Below, piece after piece: positions 48,695 to 64,000 of a stretch of 64,000 nt of DNA; the first letter of the stretch is position 1, and each line of letters starts with the position of its first letter. The stretch is from Eledone cirrhosa (lineage: Eukaryota). Made by a program: the position numbers and the translations under genes. Below the pieces are notes generated by a model. It was not told the DNA's origin. It was given only the letters and a program-made list of their open reading frames with translations, and did not search any database. The stretch is taken from contig OZ024761.1 of NCBI GenBank assembly GCA_964016885.1, positions 10,416,001-10,480,000 of the forward strand, read 5' to 3'.

Positions 48695-49267
48695 ATTTTT
48701 ATTATCATTATTATTAATATTATTATTATTTGGTTAGTTGGTAAACCAGTCATTGAAAGTTTTAAAAGCAAAACAAAGTCAAAATTTTTTTTTTTAAATT
48801 AAATAAAATGAAAATAAAATAAAATTACTAAATATGAAATATTGTTATGTTCATAGATTCACAGATAAATAAATAAATTATTATTATTATTATTATCATT
48901 ATCAGTCTCATAAAATATTTCAGGTTTATAAAAGACAAAAAAAAGGAATTATTTTAAAACAAACCAAAGATATCAACCCCCTATCGCAGTTTTTACAAAT
49001 GTTGTTGAAACATTTAATTTTACATCATTAACTCTATACTCCACTCCATACATTATATATATATATATATATATATACATACACACGTGCATATATATAC
49101 ATATATACACACACACATGCATATATAGACATATATACAAATATATATATACACATAAACATATATACATACACATAAACATATATACATACACATATAT
49201 ACACATACAAATATATATACACACATACACACATACATACAAAAATATATATATACACATTTACAAA

Positions 49268-49301
<34 letters not shown>

Positions 49302-49529
49302 CATATTTACAAAGATATATATATACATATTTACAAAAATATATATATATATATACATATTTGCAAATATATATATCTACACATATATAAAGTGTATATA
49401 CACCTACCCTCATGATATATTTTCATTTGATAAAATTTAAGATTTTTTAATCTATATTTCACACATCTAAAAAAGTAATAAAATAAAATTCGAAGTCACT
49501 GCATTTACTGGTCTTTCAAACTATAATAT

Positions 49530-49795
49530 GGGGAGGGGTCTAGCAGGACCTGTGAGGGACACGGACCTTCACCTCCCCAACACATGGAGAGGGGGTTACT
49601 CCAGGGTCTAGCAGGATCTGAGAAGGGCACGGACCTTTCCGTTTTCCACACACATGGAGAAGGGGTTACCCCAGGGGCTAGTAGGACATGAGAAGGAAGT
49701 GGACCTTTCCCTCCCCCACACATTTGGCGATGAGGCCACCCCAGGGGTTACCAGGACCTGAGAAGGACACAGACTTTTGCCACCCCCACACATGA
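49530..49795. repeat. ~62 bp GC-rich minisatellite, ~4 copies
   Basis: ccaggg..tagcaggacctgagaagggcacggacctt...cacacatggaga unit. Confidence 0.85.
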
Positions 49796-50181
49796 AACTG
49801 AATTTGTTGGCAGCGTATATTTCCAGAGACACACACATCCGATTCTTCTTGTACCCAGTTTCTCTCCTACTTCATCCACACTTTGTCATTCTCGCACATT
49901 AACTCTCCAGCCTTTGTCTTCTGCATTCACTACCCATGTTTCACCACCCATCATGCAGCATTATGCTCACACTTCACTCACACACAGGCATCATACAGCC
50001 AACATTTTGTTCATAGGGAGAAACCTTTTATCATTTACAAAGAGTAGTAGCTCCCTAAAATGTTTCCATCATGTCCTTAGTCTAACTACTATGTTCTCAG
50101 AGCACCCTCCTCCACTGCTTATTATGATGATGGTATACATACATATAGACAAGATACATATATAAATGTATATACATATAT

Positions 50182-50460
50182 GCATGTGGCCTAGTGGTAA
50201 GGGTGTTGGACTTACAATCATAATGTTGTGGGTTTGAATCCCGGGCTGGGTTGCGTGTTGTGCTCTTGAGTAAAACACTTAATTTCATGTTGCTCCAATA
50301 TACTCAGCTGAAAATGAGTACCAGCAATAGCTGGGGATTTAACCCTGTAATGGACTAGCGTCCTGTCCAGGGGAGAGTCTTGTACTCTCAGTTGCTTCAC
50401 ACCATGAAACTAGGATAAGCACCAGCCTAGCGAGCCTTCTGGCTTACAGACTTTAGACTG
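50182..50460 (+). mobile_element. tRNA-derived SINE family 4
   Basis: tggcctagtggtaa A-box, gtttgaatccc B-box, CORE-like segment, then ccctgtaatggactagcgtcctgtccaggg. Confidence 0.8.
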
Positions 50461-50628
50461 ACATATAAACACACATCTATACACATGCACACAAAAATGG
50501 TATCACAATAAAACACATTCAGTATATGTCATGAAGTGGCTGGTATTAGGAAAGGCATCCAGACCCCAAAAAACAGTATGGAACATATGCGCAAGACAAT
50601 CAGCTTACATGTCTAGCCTCAGAACATA

Positions 50629-50806
50629 TCCCTTGGTTGTCCATCGTAAACGATGATGACATCTTTATTTTAGTTCCCGTCTGCCGTGGGCACGAAGGTG
50701 GCTGTGGAGGCCGATCCTTGACTTGCAGGTCCAGGGACAGTGGAGGCAGGGGAAGAGACCGGAGTCGCTTGGGGCAGATGCTGATGCCTTTCTCCTCCAT
50801 TCACGG
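50629..50806 (-). mobile_element. BovB-like RTE 3' end with C2H2 finger
   Basis: FPCLHCPWTCKSRIGLHSHLRAH; 13 bp TSD gcctcagaacata at 50616-50628 and 50807-50819. Confidence 0.8.
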
Positions 50807-51014
50807 GCCTCAGAACATAACAACGTGCCTAATCTATGCCAGTAAAGGAATACACACAGACACACCAATGCAAAGCAAGGGATTACACACACACACGTAT
50901 ATTTATATCATCGTTTAACATCTATTTTCCACACTAGCATGGGTTAGACAGGTTGTCCCATTAAAGGCAAGTTGGATCAGGTGACCGTCTTGCTCATATA
51001 GGGCTGTATATATT

Positions 51015-51056
<42 letters not shown>

Positions 51057-51249
51057 TACATACAAATATGTTTCAATCATTGGACTTGGGTCATGCTGGA
51101 GCCACCACCCATCGAACTGGGGAGAGAGTTAGTCAATACTAATGGCCCCAAAACTCAAGTGTAGGACTTAACTTGGAATTAAGGAATAGACAAGCAATGC
51201 TGATGACTGGGGTTTGAAATCAGAATATAAAACACACAGACAGAGAGAT

Positions 51250-59042
<7,793 letters not shown>

Positions 59043-59479
59043 CATCCATCCTTATACATACATGTAAATACATTCTTACATTTACATACTACACACATTA
59101 CACACAGTATTTAGTTACTCCAGACCAAACAACCCACACAATCTCTTTAAATGTTATATTTCGGTGTAACTTTATTAGTTTTTTTAAAAGTTTATAGTTT
59201 AGTTTTTTGGTTGCTTTTCGAATTTCAAATTTTCGAAACAAAATTTATTGAAGTTTCTTTTTTTTTTTTTCATTTGTTGTTGTTGTTGTATGTTTTATTT
59301 ATTCATCAAATATTTTTTTTTTTGCTATTTTCTTGTGTTTATTTTATTTTGTTTTGTTTTGTCTACGTGTCGTTGTCGTTGGAGACATTTTATCATGACA
59401 TGAAAATTTGAAAAAAATAAGGATTAAGAAAAAAAAAAAAAAATTCCAATCAATCACATTCTATCATATCAATGCATCA

Positions 59480-60170
59480 TATATAGATGTGAGATTTAGT
59501 TATCTATTCTCTTCATATATAGATGTGAGATTTAGTTATCACTTCTCCTCATATATAGATGAGGTATATAGTTATCACTTCTCATAATAGATGTAAGGGT
59601 TACTTATCTGTTTTCTTCAAATATAATGTAGGAGTTATCTGTTTTCCTCAAATATAGATGTAGGAAATACTTATCTCTTTTCCTCAAATATAGATGTAGG
59701 TGTATTACTTATCTGTTTTCCCAAATATAGACGTAGGAAATACTTATCTGTTTTCCGCAAATATAGACGTAGGAAATACTTATCTGTTTTCCGCAAATAT
59801 AGATGTAGGAAATACTTATCTGTTTTCCCAAATATAGACGTAGGAAATACTTATCTGTTTTCCGCAAATATAGATGTAGGAAATACTTATCTGTTTTCCG
59901 CAAATATAGATGTAGGAAATACTTATCTGTTTTCCGCAAATATAGACGTAGGAAATACTTATCTGTTTTCCGCAAATATAGATGTAGGAAATACTTATCT
60001 GTTTTCCGCAAATATAGATGTAGGAAATACTTATCTGTTTTCCGCAAATATAGATGTAGGAAATGCTTATCTGTTTTCTTCAAATATAGATGTAGGAAAT
60101 ACTTATCTGTTTTCCGCAAATATAGATGTAGGAAATGCTTATCTGTTTTCTTCAAATATAGATGTAGGGG
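59480..60170. repeat. 36 bp minisatellite downstream of the LRR-Ig gene
   Basis: Unit tatctgttttccgcaaatatagatgtaggaaatact. Confidence 0.95.
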
Positions 60171-60341
60171 TTAGCTATGAGTTAGTTATGTTTTCCTCTA
60201 TATCAACATTGGTTCAAATGGATATTGTAGAAAGTTGGAGGACATTTATCGCGGAAATTGAAACAAAAGAAAATGTATTAAAAAAAAAAGATTTCCAATC
60301 AAATTAAAAGAAATAATATTTAAATCCATTGATTTCTGGCA

Positions 60342-62231
60342 TCATACATAGGTGTAGGATTTAATGATCTCTGTTCTTCTCTGCGTATCGACATCAGTGG
60401 AAACAGATATTGTAGAAATAGTGTGGGATCCCATCTCCCCAGTTCCACATAGCTCCTTGATTGATTGTACATGGTATTTCACTTGCTCCACTCCTAACAC
60501 AACACCAGCGCGCACTCGGTTGGCGGCATAGCTGCTGGACTCTCGTATAGATTGCACGTAGTGGCTGCCGGTGTCCTTAATGGAGTGCATGTACTGACTG
60601 CTGGTGTCTCGGATAGTCTGTACATGCCACCTCATCTTCAGCATTCTTCTTTCAACTCCATCCACCAGACGAGCCCTCACTTCATCGAGTGTCTCCCGGA
60701 TGTTCACGTCCGGAGAGACTTTCTCGTAGTAGTCGTCGAAATCGGTGACAGGCGTGGTACACTTTAGGGGTGATGCCCCTGGAGAGTGGTCCAGGTATGG
60801 TATGGAACCGAAGGAAGAAAAGTCCGAGTTGCTGCAGTCACTCATCTTCTCGATCTCAGTCGACGAATGGATCTCGACCGGTTGAATCTCCGGATCTTGG
60901 ATTGACACCTTGGAGTTCTTCTTCCGTTTGTGGATCACGTGGATGAGCAGGCGGACTGACCCGAACAGAATGCCGAGTAGAAGGAAGGAAAGTGACGCGC
61001 CGAAACTGACAATGAGGCTAGTGGTGTAAACCGACGGGATTAAGGAATACACTTTCAGGACCAACGTCGCCGAATTATTCCCTAAGGGGTTGATTGCTAA
61101 ACAACGAAACCGACCACCGAAATAGCCGCGTAGGTTGTGAATAAAAAGGGAGCCATTATTAGCAATGTAAATATCTGAACTGTATCTAGAATCTGAATAT
61201 GTATGTCGCATGAGAAACGGCTGTGATATTGAATTTAATAGGTGCAGGTGCCTATCGTGGGCAAAGAGGTCACCCCAGGGTGTTACCCACACAATGCTGG
61301 GCCCAGGGGAGCCTGTAGCATTGCAATCCAGACGAATATTTTGATGACTAACTATAGACATATTGGCACTTACAAAGTCCAGGCTGGGACTTTCACATAT
61401 CACATCGGTGTAATTCAAAATCGACACCTGGTCCCCCTCTAACGAAGGTGGTGAATGACAGGTGAGGTTATGAAAGTTATAGAAAAGATTAGGATTGCTA
61501 CTGTGAGTATCCAAAAACTCTTGCACAACACAAGAACAGTCGATTGGGTTACCTTCCAGTGATACCTGGTACAGGTTACTAAACGACAGTAACACATCTT
61601 CGTGGAATGTCTGAAGCTGATTGTGGCGCAAGTCAACCACTCTTAGAATACTGTTGTTAGTGAATGTCAACGGAGGTATGTATGTTAAATTGTTGTGGGA
61701 TAAATTCAACACTTCTAAATTTTCTAAAGGTTTGAATATGTAATTTGGTAATACTGGAAGAAAGTTTTTGTGTAAGTCAAGATATGTTAAGTGAACCAAA
61801 TCAGAAAATACCCCTTTCGGCAGTGCTGTTAGCTTGTTGTTGCTTAAGTCTAAATGTACGAGGTTTTGTAGACCTAGAAATGCATCCTGAGTTATGTTTT
61901 TAATGCGGTTCCCACTGAGGTTTAGGTAAACTAAACTAGTGAGGCCGAGGAAGGACTGTAAAGAGATGCCAGTCAATTCGTTGAAACTCAAATCAAGGTT
62001 GACGATATCGGCTGGGAAGAGAGACCGGGCGGAAAAATCTTCCAGGCGTCCGTTGATGGTGATGTTGCGTACGTGAGGTGGAACATTTTCCAATCTCTCG
62101 ATATTGTAGCATGTCAGAGAGAGACTCTCATTGCAGCTGCAACCAATTTGGCAACAGGTGACCTTGACCACAGCTGTAAAGGCCAACAGGAATATTGACT
62201 TGTAGACAGAAGAGAAAGCGTGAAGATTCAT
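60342..62231 (-). CDS. LRR- and Ig-domain type I transmembrane protein (LIG family), 629 aa, single coding exon
   Basis: Splice acceptor (gctatttcag) just upstream, exon starts 62253, ATG at 62231. Hydrophobic N-terminus, LRRNT cysteines, LxxLxLxxN repeats, LRRCT (NPIDCSC), Ig domain (C...W...FRC), TM helix, cytoplasmic tail ending TYV. Confidence 0.93.
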   Translation of the reverse strand: MNLHAFSSVYKSIFLLAFTAVVKVTCCQIGCSCNESLSLTCYNIERLENVPPHVRNITINGRLEDFSARSLFPADIVNLDLSFNELTGISLQSFLGLTSLVYLNLSGNRIKNITQDAFLGLQNLVHLDLSNNKLTALPKGVFSDLVHLTYLDLHKNFLPVLPNYIFKPLENLEVLNLSHNNLTYIPPLTFTNNSILRVVDLRHNQLQTFHEDVLLSFSNLYQVSLEGNPIDCSCVVQEFLDTHSSNPNLFYNFHNLTCHSPPSLEGDQVSILNYTDVICESPSLDFVSANMSIVSHQNIRLDCNATGSPGPSIVWVTPWGDLFAHDRHLHLLNSISQPFLMRHTYSDSRYSSDIYIANNGSLFIHNLRGYFGGRFRCLAINPLGNNSATLVLKVYSLIPSVYTTSLIVSFGASLSFLLLGILFGSVRLLIHVIHKRKKNSKVSIQDPEIQPVEIHSSTEIEKMSDCSNSDFSSFGSIPYLDHSPGASPLKCTTPVTDFDDYYEKVSPDVNIRETLDEVRARLVDGVERRMLKMRWHVQTIRDTSSQYMHSIKDTGSHYVQSIRESSSYAANRVRAGVVLGVEQVKYHVQSIKELCGTGEMGSHTISTISVSTDVDTQRRTEIIKSYTYV

Positions 62232-62447
62232 TTTTTCACCAAACTGGATCCGACTGAAATAGCAAACAGAACAGACATCATTAGTCAACGACAGGATTGC
62301 GATTAGTCACAACTAAAACAGCAAATATTTTAAGGGCCATTTTCCCTACTAAAGCAAATATTAATCTTACACAGTAATGTAAATGTTAAAGGGTTAATTG
62401 GTCTCTTATGAAGTTACACCTTATAGAAGGTTTCTTGGGTGTTTTAA

Positions 62448-62655
62448 TCCTTTAACATTTAAACCAGCCATAACCAGCCAGAATTTTCTCACCTCTTTCT
62501 GTTCAAACCAGCCATAACTGGATACTCATACTGACATTACGGTATTGTTCTCAAAATAAATAATATCAAAATCTTGTAGATTCAATATTATGTGAGGTAA
62601 AGTGATTACCATGAAAATACAATAGTATATATAGAGTAATGTAAATGCTAAAGGG
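62448..62655 (-). mobile_element. piggyBac-type MITE family A
   Basis: TTAA-flanked, reverse-complement match to 6747-6954. Confidence 0.88.
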
Positions 62656-62974
62656 TTAATGGCAAAAACCCCAAGTCCTATCATGAAAAACAATGTGAGA
62701 TAGAACCAACAACCTTGTGATAATGAGTACAACACCCTAACCACAAGGCCACACCACACCACACCATTCCCAAGATCCAGCTGAACATCCTCTCCACAGA
62801 TAGCAATTAGTGAAGACAGTTTGTTAGATAAACCAAATCAATCAATACCCTCGACATAAAGTCATCTCATCAATCTATTTGTTTTTCTTTCTTTCATTCC
62901 ATTTAAATGTCATTTCCAAACAAAGTTGGCATAATTCTATACAACGGCAGAGTTTGTGGATAAAATGGAAGGGA

Positions 62975-63190
62975 GGTTGGTGGTGAGAGTGGTAGTCGTG
63001 GTAAGAGTGGTTGGTGGTGGTGGTGGTGGTGGTGAGGGTGAGAGTGGTGGTAGTGGTGAGGGTGGTTGGTAGTGATGGTGGTTGGTAGTGGTGGTGATGG
63101 GGTTGAGGGTGGTTGGTGGTGATGGGGTTGAGGGTGGTTGGTAGTGGTGGTTGGTGGTGGTAGTGGTGTGATGGATGGTGGTGATGGTTT
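62975..63190. repeat. Degenerate (GGT)n microsatellite
   Basis: Direct reading. Confidence 0.9.
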
Positions 63191-63273
63191 TGCACATGCA
63201 AAACCATTTTGCTGGATTGAGAGATGATGAGTATGAAGATGTGTGTGTGTGTCAACTTTTCTTGTACATTGCC

Positions 63274-63550
63274 TTTCTTTACGCTTAGAGTTGCTGAAGC
63301 ATGGAACAAACTGCCTGCGTCAGTTGTTAGCTGCCGAGACACTGCATCCTTTAAAACCCTCATGCTTCCAGAAATTCGCCAAAACTACACCTGATGTCCC
63401 TCTTCCATACACATGCACACCATGACTCATGCACTGTTCATTTTCCTGATGTTTGTACATTACCCTATGTACTATACATACACTTTTTGATGAGTTGTAG
63501 TGCACCTGAGCACTGTACACAATATTTTCATTATTATTAGTCATTATTAT
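63274..63550 (+). mobile_element. CR1-type LINE 3' end
   Basis: FFTLRVAEAWNKLPASVVSCRDTASFKTLM..* then 3' UTR and (ATT)n tail. Confidence 0.78.
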
Positions 63551-63564
63551 TTAATTCCTTTTTC

Positions 63565-63912
63565 AAATCCCGCCGAGGTTAACTTTGCCTTTCATCCTTA
63601 CGGGGTCGATAAAATAAAGTACCAGTAATGCACTGGGTAGTTGCTGGCCTTGTGCCAAAAGTAGAAACAATTATTATTATTAGTAGTAGTAGTAATAAGG
63701 ACAGTGGATTGGCAGTATCGGTAGAGCGTCAGATGCCATGCTTTGCAGCAGAGTTACGGCCCTTTACGATCTGAGTTCAAATCCCCCCGAGGTTAACTTT
63801 GCCTTTCATCCTTACGGGGTCGATAAAATAAAGTACCAGTAATGCACTGGGGTCGATTTAATCGACTTCCCCTCCCCCAAAATTGCTGGCCTTGTGCCTA
63901 TATAAGAAACCA
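63565..63912 (+). mobile_element. Two tandem SINE family 1 copies
   Basis: Partial copy 63565-63670 and full copy 63699-63912. Confidence 0.9.
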
Positions 63913-64000
63913 TTGTTATTAGCAGCAGGGACGTTATTTGTTGCAAATGTTGGCCATTTGGCTTACAGGTGAATATTGCTGCTGTAGTGAGGAGGATGAT

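Noticed and set aside
59709-60155. 148 aa repeat ORF or CRISPR-like array
   Set aside because: Head-to-tail 36 bp minisatellite with no unique spacers, in a eukaryotic context.
62232-62288. N-terminal 19 aa extension of the LRR-Ig ORF
   Set aside because: It begins at a non-ATG codon and crosses a clear splice acceptor; the ATG at 62231 gives a signal-peptide-like start.

Overview
AT-rich, microsatellite-laden animal genomic DNA. The repeat repertoire suggests an octopus or other cephalopod (inference). Two convergent protein-coding genes were found. (1) The 3' 13 coding exons of CTR9 (PAF1 complex subunit, + strand, 1-13549), all joined in frame by GT-AG introns. (2) A single-coding-exon LRR-Ig-transmembrane receptor (- strand, 60342-62231) with an 11-residue-repeat tail and a C-terminal PDZ ligand. 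The introns and the ~47 kb intergenic region contain RTE LINEs (one with an uninterrupted ~860-codon EN-RT frame carrying a PHD-type finger), tRNA-derived SINEs, piggyBac, mariner, pogo and Merlin DNA transposons, a Helitron-like element, R4/Dong-like and CR1 fragments, minisatellites and a 7.8 kb (TA/TG) microsatellite. The main hidden signal is a dispersed set of about 15 type I hammerhead-ribozyme motifs from roughly ten different short non-coding repeat families. They sit in or near (TA)n tracts, often with partial inverted duplications, as in Penelope-like elements, and carry family-specific palindromic stem III sequences. All calls were read by eye; no database search or folding program was run.
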